Both the position numbers and the translations under genes were made by a program. Positions 49,430 through 61,160 of a stretch of DNA of 64,000 bases are shown in pieces (position 1 is the first letter of the stretch; each line of letters opens with the position of its first letter). This DNA comes from Octopus bimaculoides (taxonomy: Eukaryota). Location: NCBI RefSeq assembly GCF_001194135.2, contig NC_068985.1:118757653-118821652 (forward strand). The letters are read 5' to 3'. The notes under the pieces are model-generated. The model was not told the DNA's origin. It worked only from the letters and a program-made list of their open reading frames with translations, and searched no databases.

Positions 49430-51545
49430 GGTACTATTCTTTCTTGCCTGTGTAATTTTTCTTAATGTATCGTATGCTCTGCTTGGTGGTAGATTACAAA
49501 AGAAATTGTTTGACATTGAATCTGTTGTTGAATATATGGTTTCCATCTAGAATAAAGCTTGCTTAGAACCTATATATTCTACTAGATATGGTTTTGAATG
49601 AAATAGCATTATTTTTGTTTGGTTGCTTACTATATCTGAATGAAAGTGCAGTACCCATAGCCTATGCAGACCCTCTGAAACCAATGAGATTTGTCTTGTT
49701 AATTATCATCATCATTGTTTAACATCTGCACTCCATGCTGGCATGGGTTGGACGATTTGACATGAATCTGGCTAGCAGGGAGCTGTCCGGGATCCAACTG
49801 TCTGTTGTGGCATGGTTTCTATGGCTGGATGCCCTTTCTAATGCCAGATGCTTATGTTTTGTTTAAAATGTTGTGATTCAACAGTTGTAGGGAAGACATG
49901 AACAGAGAGGGTATTTCAGAGAGTTAACAGATAGTGAAGGAATGACTAGGAATAAACAGTTAGTGCTGAGTCAGAGGTGAGGTTGAATTCAGTATAAGTG
50001 ATGAGAGGACGAGAGAGAGATGAAGGAGTCAGGAATGATTGAGAGGATGTGGCATGAGACCAAGTAACTTCAAAACCAGATGTCATTACAGAAGTGGTAG
50101 AAAAGATAGAGAGTGAACAGATAGAATGCCTGTGAACCTGACACGAGTACTTTGTGTGTGATTTTATGCCAGTCACTCAAGTGTATTGTAGCAGTACTAT
50201 TCTAGATGTGGGGCGAATATTTCATATTTGGCCTCACCCAGGATTTGTAGAGTATCAATAAGCATTATGGGCTGTAATATTTTCTGGGTCTGAAGAGAAG
50301 GACCAATCTTTGAGATGGAATTCAGTGAGAATATGATCCAATAATTGGAACAAATCTGAGGGCTTTAGTTGCAAGCTGCTCATATTTAAGGGATTTGTAA
50401 TGTGATGATGGGCCATTCTATAAGTTCAGGATGTAACATGTGGAGGACAAAATACTTAATTTCCCCATAAAAAACAAACCTGGTATATTAGAAATGCATG
50501 TGTGAAAAGAAGAGAGGGTGGGTTACAATTGACAACAAAATTTTATTGATCAGGAGTTAAAGTGTATTTTTTTGACAAACAAATTGTGTTCCAGATGTTA
50601 CATGCAAAAATCTGCTGTTTTGTACCAAGCATGTTTCAAAGCAAAGTTCTCTGAAAGTATTGTTCCTCAGACACTGGTTTAAATTGAAAACAAACACTAC
50701 ATTTGTAAAAATTAAACTGTAATTTGAGCTGATATTGATGACCGTAATCCCTTGTGACATGGTTTCTAGATGTAACATTGCACAAAAAGTATGAAAGGTG
50801 CTCTGATACTCTCAAAAATATTCTGTAACTTGTCCAGTTTAATCACAACCAATTTAATTTAACTAAACACCAAAATAAAGCAAAAGCAAGATAAAGTTAT
50901 CAAGTTTAATTCATAGCATTATGTAATTTAAAGTTCCTTGTCAAACTTAAAGTTTCCATGACATGTCATACTGGGGCAAGGCAAAAGTTCAACTATTTTA
51001 CCATCATACATCCATAATTTGTCAATGGTGTTGTCAATGTGTTAATGGTTGTCAATGGTGTTAATATTTACATTGGATATTTGTTTTAAAAACACAAAAA
51101 GGTGTTCATCATCATCATCATTTAATGTTCGCTTTCCATGCTAGCACGGGTCGGACGATTTGACTGATGACTGGCGAACCAGATGGCTGCACCAGGCTCC
51201 AATCTGATCTGGCAGAGTTTCTACAGTTGGATGCTACCAGGCGTTAGCCTGGTAGCCCTTTGGTTTTTATACTGCCTTTTTCCCATCTGTTAACAACATC
51301 AGTTTCACTGGTCTCAGAGGGCCTGCATAGGCTATTGGTACTGCACTTTCATTCAGAGAACCAATAAGAATAAACCTATTTCATCAAAAACCATTTCTAG
51401 TAGAATATGTAAGCTCTAAGCAAGCTTTATTCAAAATGGAAACCACATATTCATCAACAGATTCAATATCAAACAACAATTTGTATCATAATCTACCAGC
51501 AAGTAGAGCATTGAATACATTAAGAAAAATTACACAGTCAAGAAA
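49430..51545. repeat. Two inverted copies (~270 bp; 49430-49700 and 51290-51545) of an unclassified repeat
   Basis: For example gaatgaaagtgcagtacccatagcctatgcagaccctctga versus tcagaggggcctgcataggctattggtactgcactttcattc. Both give similar short ORFs (METIYSTTDS / METTYSSTDS). Confidence 0.8.
49880..50450 (-). mobile_element. CR1/L2-group LINE 3' remnant
   Basis: LLILYKSWVRPNMKYSPHI* matches the LL.LYKA.VRP.LEY.SHIW motif. Heavily decayed. Confidence 0.6.
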
Positions 51546-51901
51546 TAAAATTATACAGACAAGGAAGAAAAATGTAAATGTGTATGGTAGGAGATTCAGG
51601 AGGAAGGAAAGCAGAGAAGAGGAAGACTGAGGAGGACATGAGCAGAAGTGGGAAAACTAACCTTGGGATTTTGAACTTCATAAAGGAGATTACAAAGGTA
51701 TGTGACAAATGTTATGATGTTGAGTTGAAAAGGACTCATCTAACCCATGCAAGTGTGAAGAAAAATGAATGTAAAACTGATGATGAACCAGTGTGTTTCT
51801 CCTTCCTCATGACATATTGCCAAAATAAGGATGATATTGTAATAAAAGATGTGTAAGATGACATTACATGTATGTTTAGTGATGAAACATTGAGAGCTTA
51901 C

Positions 51902-52050
51902 CTGCCAAAGATAACAACCGCAGATTTCTCATAGAATACAAATGTTGAAGACCATAATCTCGCACCTGTGTACACCACCTTAGGTAGAGTTTGATCAATG
52001 ACGTCATCGTAGATAAGTAACCCACTCCTATGTCGGTTATATGAGTACAT
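51902..52050 (-). CDS. FBXL16: FBXL16-like F-box/LRR protein, penultimate coding exon (149 nt)
   Basis: The minus strand reads tttctcttctttctttgcag|ATGTACTCAT...TTGGCAG|gtaagc, translating as (R)[49 protein letters not shown](G). This closely matches human FBXL16 as I recall it ([51 protein letters not shown]). The phase-1 end joins the next exon in frame. The exon is not in the ORF track. Confidence 0.95.
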
Positions 52051-52088
52051 CTGCAAAGAAAGAAGAGAAATAATATTAAAAATTATTA

Positions 52089-52970
52089 AGATTTAGGCAC
52101 AAAGCCAGCAATTTTAAGGAGAATGGGGTTAGTTGATACCATTCCTCCTGAAGGGATGAAAGGCAAAGATGACCTCAACAGAGTTTGAACTCAAAATGTA
52201 AAAATTTGGAACAAATGTTACAAAACATTTTTCTTAACACTCTAACGATTCTGCCAATCCACCATATTGACAATAATAATAATAATAAATGAAGTGTATA
52301 TAATATGCAATTATGTATAAGATAAACCTCGATTTTGGCCTAAATTATCTTAAAAACTTGCAGCACCTTGTTCAAAATGTAATGTGGTACAATTGCTACA
52401 AGAGGAATCTACTAAAATATACAGTGAGCTGGCAGAATCAGTAGCACACTGGACAAAATAATTAGTGGCATTTCGTCTGATTTTTGAGTTCAAATTCCAC
52501 TGAGAGCAACTTTACCTTTCATCCATTCGGTGTTGATAAAATAAATAATTGTTAAGTGCTGGGGTCGAAGTAATCAACTTGGTTCCTCCCTTGAAATAGC
52601 TGGCCTTGTGCCAAAATGTGAAAGCAATATTTCATTTTATACAAACTTATATTGCAACATAACTAATGCTAGCACACACACACACACATACAAAAAGGGT
52701 GGGACATAAAGCAAACAAAAAATTAACAAATAGAAATAATCAAAAAAATATTGATTTCTGATTTAGGCATAAGGCCAGAATTTTGAGGGGAAGATGTTAG
52801 TTGATACTATTGACTCCGGTACTTGAGGGGTACTTTATTTTATTGACCCCTGACAGGCTGAATGACAAAGTTGACCTTAGTAAAATTTAAACTCAGATGT
52901 AAAGAGCTAGAACAAATATCAAAAGCAGTTATTTTACCAATACTTTAATGATTCGGTTAGCTTGCTGTCT
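52089..52970. mobile_element. Three SINE-B copies (-, +, -) next to the penultimate-exon acceptor
   Basis: 52089-52265 (-), 52422-52630 (+), 52760-52970 (-). Confidence 0.8.
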
Positions 52971-53031
52971 TTTATAAAACTAAAAGTATAGTAAGGTATC
53001 ATTTTGATTACATTATTGTGTTTTTCTTTAA

Positions 53032-53582
53032 CTCTTTAGCATTTAAACTGGCTATATCTGGCCAAAATTTCAACCAGTTTTATGTTCAAGTTGGCCAAAT
53101 TTAGCCTCTCATACTCTACGCCACAATGTCATTCTAAGAATAAACAGTCACCTCATCAAAATCTTAAAGCTACGAGTTATAATATGTGATTAATTCAAAA
53201 CTGAATAAATAAGCATTATCTTTGACAATAAAATCTGAATGCTAAAGCAGGGGTCGGGAAACTTTTTTAACCAATTACCAAAAATATATTTATCCATGAC
53301 AATGTTACCTCCTTGATTTGATAGGAAGAAAATCATAGATTCTATTGAATTGAAAAGGTTTATTGAATTTATTTTATTGAATCTATTTATATGAATTTAC
53401 TTACACATCCATTACATTGGACAGATGCAGTGTTGCCAGAAGAAAAATTTCTGTTGTAACAAGGAACATGTTTTTTTATATAATTTTATTTATGTCAAAT
53501 GAATCCTCATTACCCCCAAGAATTTCATTTTTACCCCACTTAGAGTAATTTACCCTCGTTCACTGACCCCTGTGCTAAAGGG
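53032..53582. mobile_element. piggyBac-like MITE interrupted by the hAT MITE
   Basis: TTAA|ctctttagcatt ... aatgctaaag[hAT]gg|TTAA. Other copies lie at 16519-17152 and 43339-43550. Confidence 0.8.
53248..53572. mobile_element. hAT-family MITE (325 bp)
   Basis: TIRs CAGGGGTCGGGAAAC / GTTCACTGACCCCTG with an exact 8-bp target duplication TGCTAAAG (53240-53247 and 53573-53580). Confidence 0.92.
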
Positions 53583-54609
53583 TTAATAAATGCTGATAGG
53601 GTAAAATTTAGCAGCTTAAAAACTATGTATTTTCTGCACCCCTGATTTTAATCTTGATTTTAGTAAATGAAATGAGAAGTGCTTTGTTTTGGAGTTTTAC
53701 AGTATATGGCTTCTAATCTCAGAGGAAGGAGATTTAAAAATTGGTACTTTACTGTCTTCAAGGGTTGCTGCCAAACTGCAGTTTCATGGATGGCAGACTT
53801 AATCTATCAGTATCATTTGCCTGGATTATAAAAAAAAGATGAGATATAAATTATCTCCAAGCAACTTGATATGTTACTGGTATTGGTTTATCTCACATAA
53901 CATTGCCAGATGATGTAGTGTCTATTCCCAACAGCCACATGAATTGAAGTGTATAGAATTAAGTGTAGTGTCCAAATACAACAATGAAATAGACAATACA
54001 CAAAAAAAGAAAACAGTTTTAGTGGAATAATAACTTGATACAAAAATATCATTGCAAAAAAAGAAGGAAAAAAAAAAAGAAACTAACCCAGTTTTCAATA
54101 GACACACCAATGGAAACAAGTCTTACACATGACCTATCACATTATTGAATAACTGAACTGGGACATTACACAATACTAAGTACAAGCAAAAGTCTATTGT
54201 TGACATTCAAACTAAAAAAAATCCAATACAAATTAGAACTCGAAATGGTGAAGACAACATCATGCAAAACTTGGAACAGCAAAGTCTGAAATTTAGTGAA
54301 GAATACTTGAACTTTTTTCTTTTATATTATAAAAGAATACTGGATATTATTTACATAGAATGGGTGAAAAAAATAAAAACAGTTCTGTCAGAAAATCACA
54401 ACGGAAAACAGCTAAAATTACAAGTAAATGTCATGCTTTAATCTTTTTGATAGCAATCCACCTGAGACTACCTCCAGTTCTTTGATTTAAAAAATTGTCT
54501 GTTTTAAACTGTTCATATTTAAATTGAAAATTTCCAACATAATTTTTATTATGTTGTAAACAGCAGCTTAATAATGAATAAAATTAGTTTGTTTACTAAA
54601 TCCTTCCAA

Positions 54610-54930
54610 ATGGAATACTATTCAGACATCTGGGATAGTGCAGCTGATGTACACAAGGGTATCCTAAACTGCATTTTGAAAAGATCACCCTTCTGATTTG
54701 TACCTGAGTTGCTCACAGACAAATTTCAATCTTTTGTACACACTCTATCATCTGTTACAACATTGGCCTCTCCTCTTCAGAGCTGCCTGGTCTAGCAACA
54801 CATCCACACAGACCCATGCATACACTTATTTGTTTAACTCTCATAATCTATACAATATCTTCCCATATTGGTCCAGTACTAACACTACAGGATACCTCAA
54901 GATTCACCTTCCAGCCTTCTATTTCTGTTT
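54610..54930 (+). mobile_element. CR1/L2-group LINE 3' remnant
   Basis: MEYYSDIWDSAA...LLTDKFQS resembles MEYCSHIWGGA...LTDSLQPL. Confidence 0.45.
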
Positions 54931-55197
54931 TTTTTTTATGTTATTACGGCAGTCATTGACTAGTAGATTTTTAACAAGAACATCAAATACTGACCTCAAC
55001 TGTCTAGAAAAAAATCCTTAAAAATAAAATAATTTCTTGATTGCTTTGGTTTCAAATTTTGGCACAAGGCCAGCATGTTCGGGGGAGGGGGTTAAGTCAA
55101 TTAAATCAACTCCAGTGCTCAACCAGTACTTATTTTATTGACTCAAAAGGATGAAAGGCAAAGTTGACCTCACTGGAATTTGAACTCAGAACATAAA

Positions 55198-55236
<39 letters not shown>

Positions 55237-55697
55237 ATATGATGGGCTTCTTTTAGTTTTCATGTACCAAATCCACTCACAAGGCTTTGGTCGACCCGAG
55301 ACTGTAGTAGAAGACACTTGCCCAAGGTGCCATGCAGTGGGACTNNNNNNNNNNNNNNNNNNNNNNNNNNNNNNNNNNNNNNNNNNNNNNNNNNNNNNNN
55401 NNNNNNNNNNNNNNNNNNNNNNNNNNNNNNNNNNNNNNNNNNNNNNNNNNNNNNNNNNNNNNNNNNNNNNNNNNNNNNNNNNNNNNNNNNNNNNNNNNNN
55501 NNNNNNNNNNNNNNNNNNNNNNNNNNNNNNNNNNNNNNNNNNNNNNNNNNNNNNNNNNNNNNNNNNNNNNNNNNNNNNNNNNNNNNNNNNNNNNNNNNNN
55601 NNNNNNNNNNNNNNNNNNNNNNNNNNNNNNNNNNNNNNNNNNNNNNNNNNNNNNNNNNNNNNNNNNNNNNNNNNNNNNNNNNNNNNNNNNNNNNNNN

Positions 55698-55744
<47 letters not shown>

Positions 55745-56679
55745 ACATATATATACATATATGCACACATGAATATATATATATTGAAGCAAACATATTT
55801 TGTATATGTATATGCTTACTAAATTAGGAAATTCTATTTATTGATGAAAGCTACAGGTAATAATTATTTTCTTAAAAGAAACATCTCAGACAAATTGTAA
55901 TAACTTAATTAGTGAAGCTCAATTATTGTAAGGAAATTAACACTATTTATGTTATAACTATTTTAGCTTCACAACTAACCAAATATTTTTGGGCATTTTT
56001 GCAGTTAATATTGTCATGTTTGTCATGTTTATAGTTAAACATCTTTTAAATGTCAGAATTAAAATAGATTTCCTCCAGCTGAAGCTAAATCAATACTTAT
56101 AAGACTTTACAAGAAAGAAAGAGAGAGAGAGAGAGAGAAAATATGAAGTAACGAAGATGAGAGTGAAAAAGTCAAATAGGGAGGTGAAAGATGGAGATGA
56201 GAAAAAGCAAAAGAATAAGAGAATAAGGAAAAAAAAAGTATGTGAGTGAATGAGAAAGAGGGTAATTGAGTGACATTGAGATTGAAAGATCATAAGGGTG
56301 AAAGAAGAACAAGGTAAGAGATGACGAGTGTTAGATAAAGTAGATAGGCAGAAAGATAGAGAGAGCTAGGATCTATTTCAAAACGGGGGCACCAGTTTTC
56401 ATTTATGTTTTATGTNNNNNNNNNNNNNNNNNNNNNNNNNNNNNNNNNNNNNNNNNNNNNNNNNNNNNNNNNNNNNNNNNNNNNNNNNNNNNNNNNNNNN
56501 NNNNNNNNNNNNNNNCATAGAGAACATATCCTTCATCAGCTGCCACCATTAAAACACCAGCATTTTGAATATATATATATGCATTTGTATTTAGTGTATG
56601 AGTGTGTGTGTGTGGTGCACACCACATCACACAGAGGGTGATGTGGTGTACCTAATGCAACAGTACTTGCAATACACTT

Positions 56680-57570
56680 ACTTATAGCTGTGACTGGTTA
56701 GTCCAAATGGTGAACTAGGAAGCAACCCTGTGTACAAGTTTTCTCTACCAAAACACAGCCTCTCTTCAATGAAGATTTCCTTTAGATGTACCCGCAGCCA
56801 TAAATGGTAGCTAAGTGCTCTGCAGTTCCAGGGTAAGTCAGCTGGGGTTCTTGAAGCCATTTGTGGGCCAATTACAATGTAGGCGTACCCTGGTAGATTC
56901 AACAGTTGTGGAGAAATTTTGGGAAATGCCCATCAACCACCACCTTGACAAACCAGGGATCTTTGCAGAAGTTAGTGCCACTATCAAAGTGGTAAAAGAC
57001 ACCTTGCGTATCTCTCTCCTCCTTGGTAGTCTATCACCTTGTATGATTAGTAAATCTTTAATGTCTATCTTGTTGATGACATGTTGAAGTTCATTATAGA
57101 ATTCTTCAGTGTCCATCATCAATTTTTGTTGTTGGGGCATATACATGTGCCTATGATGCTGAAAGGCTTTACCTCCAGGCAGTTGGTCATGAGCTTACTT
57201 GACACTGGTTGGCATCCTAGTAGGTAAGTAGAAACACATGAAGTGAACAAACTGAGAGAGAAATCTTCAGACAAAGAACTCCTATCATGCAAGTATTTTG
57301 ATCTGTTAGTTTCTAACACTCTAAGGAAGCTTGTCCCATATAAGTCATGACTCCTATGTGTCTTCTTAGTATAGTGTTCTTGGTAGTTTGTTGACCTGAA
57401 ACCCTTTATCATTTTCATGACTTCTCTATAATACACATCCTTCTTCAGTCTGTGTTCCTCCGCTGTTCTTCCATCTGGTAACACAGAGCCTGAGGAAGAA
57501 CCAGTAAATTCCTTTAGTTTCTCCATTCTGATTAATTTTCTTATCTTCCAAGTAGTAATCATAAGACTCT
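56680..57570 (-). mobile_element. RTE-type LINE AP-endonuclease domain remnant
   Basis: ITTWKIRKL (cf. IGTWNVRTL), YMPQ...DTEEFYNELQHVINKIDIKDLLIIQGD (cf. YAPT...EEFY..LQ..ID...K.D.LI..GD), and a TWHSP-like segment near 56700, with multiple disruptions. Confidence 0.8.
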
Positions 57571-58988
57571 CTTAAGGATCTCACCTAACAGGTCACTAGT
57601 AGCATACTTACTGTCTCCGCCTTGGTGAGAGATGCATAGTACAATCATTATTAACGTGGGTTGTAACTGGTCTAGTATGGAATTACTTAAAAAGCTCTGA
57701 GGAAAATTATTACTTTCGAGCGGGGGGGGGGGGGAGCTACCTCTAATTGACTGTTGTTAATTAGGGGTAGCTTACCACCCATTGATTCAGCTGACATGCA
57801 GAAAGATCATGAGGGGGTGGCATTTATGCAGTATTAGTGGGTAAATAACTTTTATGAAGTCAATGACGAGGCAAAAATAAAACAAAAGAATAATTCCCTC
57901 ACTGGACTGTAACAATCTTGTATTTGTGACCAAGATGAGTTACCTTGTAGGCAGTAATTGGGTGTGGTTAAACCAGAGAGTGGGGGGAGGTCTTCACTAG
58001 ATTTTTATGCCCAAGGCATGCTATATAATAATAATGAGCATATATATTAGATGTGTGTATGTGTGTGTGTGTGTGTGTATGTTTGTGTGTGGTGTGTGTG
58101 TTATCAATGATAGAGGTCTATCTCAGTGTATGTGTGTGAGCTCATGTACAAGATCATATGCATGATAGTTATTTTTTGCTTTTTCACATGTTAAGTCTGG
58201 AGGAAGAGAGTCCCTCTGAGACTGGTAACCTTGGTGCCATTAATGTTCCATTTAAACTATTATAGGCCAATACACACAAGAAATAAAAGAACATGAGCAG
58301 GTAAGTACATTTGTGTGTGTAAGCGTGTGTATGACTGTGTGTGTTCATGGTAGACCTTTGTCTTTGTGTGGGCATATAAATGTGTGTATATGTGTAAGAG
58401 TGTCTGGAAGATGCTTGTCTTTGTGATGCTAGTGTGTGTGTTAGTGTACAAGATGTACAGGTAAGTATGCGTTATATGTATGCATAATGTCTGCATGTGG
58501 ATGTCTCTTGGCGTGTATTTGTTTCAGTTTATGTATGTGAATTGCAGACACCTGCCTGTGTGCGCATGAGTTTGTATGTCTATGCATATACATGTGATGT
58601 GTATACATATATGGATATGTGTGTGGGTATGTATATATGTGGGTGTGTGATTGTGTTTCAGTGTGAACATATACTTATCTGTTTGTATGTATGAATGTAC
58701 GTATACATAAGTGTGTGTGTTTGTGTGTTGTGCTTATGATAGATGCATGGGTGCATATATTTATATTTGTGTGTGTGTGTTGTGCACATCATAGTGTCTG
58801 TCTCAATGTATATATGTCAGTGGTAGCTGTGTACCTATGTATATGAGTGTATGTGTGTGCATGTGTACATATATATCTGTGCAGATGTCTGACTATATAT
58901 ATGCCACCAGGTTCTGTGTGAGAATTGTATGATGTGAAATCTATTATATGTTTATGTGGTCGTGCGTAAGTGTGTGTGTGTGTGTGTC

Positions 58989-59039
<51 letters not shown>

Positions 59040-59477
59040 TGCATGTGTAGTAGTGTAGTGTTGAAAATCAGCAGTTAGTTATATTTACTGTCTAGAGAAA
59101 TAGTCCTGGCTGTTTACAACAACAGATCTATTGATGAATATAATAAACAAGTTAATAATGGGGAATGTTTTCCTCTTCTGCTAAATCTATTATAAACATA
59201 ATACAGAAAGATTTGACAGTCTCTAATTACTATCGCTGCATCACTGAAAACTGGGTTTCTAGATTTGCATGTACCACATTTCAGGTAATCACCTTTGTTA
59301 ATTGTCTTTTGGGTCCTCATTTAACTGCACTTTAAGCTTTGTAGAGTACACATGCAGAAAACAAAAACAAAACAAAAAAAAAAACAAAAACAGACATAAG
59401 AGTTTTCTCTTTAGGAACATACAGACATTGCAAGTAAAAGTTGTCAATTAGAATATAAAAGGACATAAAAAATAATA

Positions 59478-59914
59478 ATTCTTTCTACTATAGATACAAA
59501 GCCTGAAATTTTGGGGTTGAGCTAGTTGATTACATAAACTCCAGTGCATAAGTGGTACTTATTTCATCGACCCCGAAAGGACGAAAGGCAAAGTTGACCT
59601 CAGCGGAATTTGAACTCAGAACATAGCAGCTGACAAAATACTGCTGAGCATTTCACCTGGTTTGCGAATAACTCTGCCAACTTGCTGTCTTTTCTGTCAG
59701 CTCCCCATAGGTATAAGGCCTGAAATTTTGGGGGAAGGGGCTAGTTGATCATATGAATCCCAGTGCTCAACTGGTACTTATTTTATCAACCCTGAAAGGA
59801 TGAAAAGCAAAGTCAACCTTGGTGGAATTTGAACTCAGAACATAAGGCACTGAGAGAATTGCTGCTAAGCATTTTGTTCCCACATATTATCAATTCTGGC
59901 AGACTGCTGTCTTA

Positions 59915-59967
<53 letters not shown>

Positions 59968-61160
59968 TAATAATTCTCTGGGACTTCCCCGTACATACTG
60001 ACAAAACTATAAAAGCTAATAAACCGGATATTATTATAAAAGATCAGATAAAGAAGATGTGTTTATCAATTGACGTGAATATTCGTTGCGATCATAATAT
60101 AGCGGCAAAAGAATTTGACAAGATCAGTAAATATAAAGACTTGCTAATAGAAATTGAAAAATGTGGCACCTCTAGGCAACTACCGTACCAGTGATTGTAG
60201 GATCTCTAGGAATGATAAAAAAAAGGTACTGAAACCTATTTGAAAATGACACCAGGATTACCATCCCTACAGGAAGTGCAAAAAATCATGTTAACTGGAA
60301 CAACTCATGTACTGAGAAGAGCATTATCGCTGTGAAAACAACATCCATTCATGAATTTATTTATTTATTAATTTTTTTTAAATACATATTTTACCTGTGA
60401 ATTTGCATGTGTAAACTGGGAATGCATACAATGAACTTCTCTGCCCTAGGTGTACGGAAAACACTCGGCGAGAAATGGAAGAAAATTTGAAGAAAGAAGA
60501 AAAAAAAGCAACATAATAATAATAATCCTTTCTACTATAAGTACAAGGCCTGATATTTAGGGGAGGGGGTAAGTCGATTATATTAATCCCAGTGCTCAAC
60601 TGGTACCTAATTTATCAACCCTGAAAAAATGAAAAACGAAACTGACTTTGATGGAATTTGAACTCAGAATGTAGTGGCAGACGAAATATCGCTAAGCATT
60701 TTGCACAGCATTCTAATGGTTCTGCCAACAATAGTAACAATAATTATGATGATGTTAACGATGGCTTCAAATTTTGATGCAAGGCCAGCAGTTGAAGGGA
60801 AAGGGTTAAGTTTATTATATCGACTCCGACACTCAACAGGTATTTACTTTATCAACCTTCAAGAAGGATAAAAGGCAAAGTTGACCTTGGCAGAACTTTG
60901 AACTCAGAACACAAAAAATTAGAAATTTTTTGAAACATTTTGTCTGATATGTTAACAACAACAACGGTTTCAAATTTGAGCACAAGGCCAACAGTTTTAG
61001 AAGAAGAGCAAATTGATTACATCGATGCCAGTGTTCAACTGATACTTTATTTTATCAACCCTGAAAAAACATAAAATGCCAAGTTGGCCATTGGTAGAAT
61101 TTGAATACAAAAGAAATATTGTGAAACATTTGGTCTGATAGGTTAATGATTGTACTGCAG
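59478..61160 (-). mobile_element. Cluster of five head-to-tail SINE-B copies with an embedded RLE fragment
   Basis: Copies near 59478, 59705, 60525, 60763 and 60965, all on the minus strand. Confidence 0.8.
59969..60370 (+). mobile_element. R4/Dong-like (RLE) retrotransposon 3' fragment
   Basis: Manual translation gives IILWDFPVHTDKTIKANKPDIIIKDQIKKMCLSIDVNIRCDHNIAAKEFDKISKYKDLLIEIEK / MWHL*ATTVPVIVGSLGMIKK...QEVQKIMLTGTTHVLRRALSL*, a PD-(D/E)xK-type RLE. It starts directly after an (AAT)n tract and is absent from the ORF track. Confidence 0.88.

Noticed and set aside
58020-59050. 1-kb TG/TA-rich block and its short ORFs
   Set aside because: It is a decayed dinucleotide low-complexity sequence with no higher-order unit visible.
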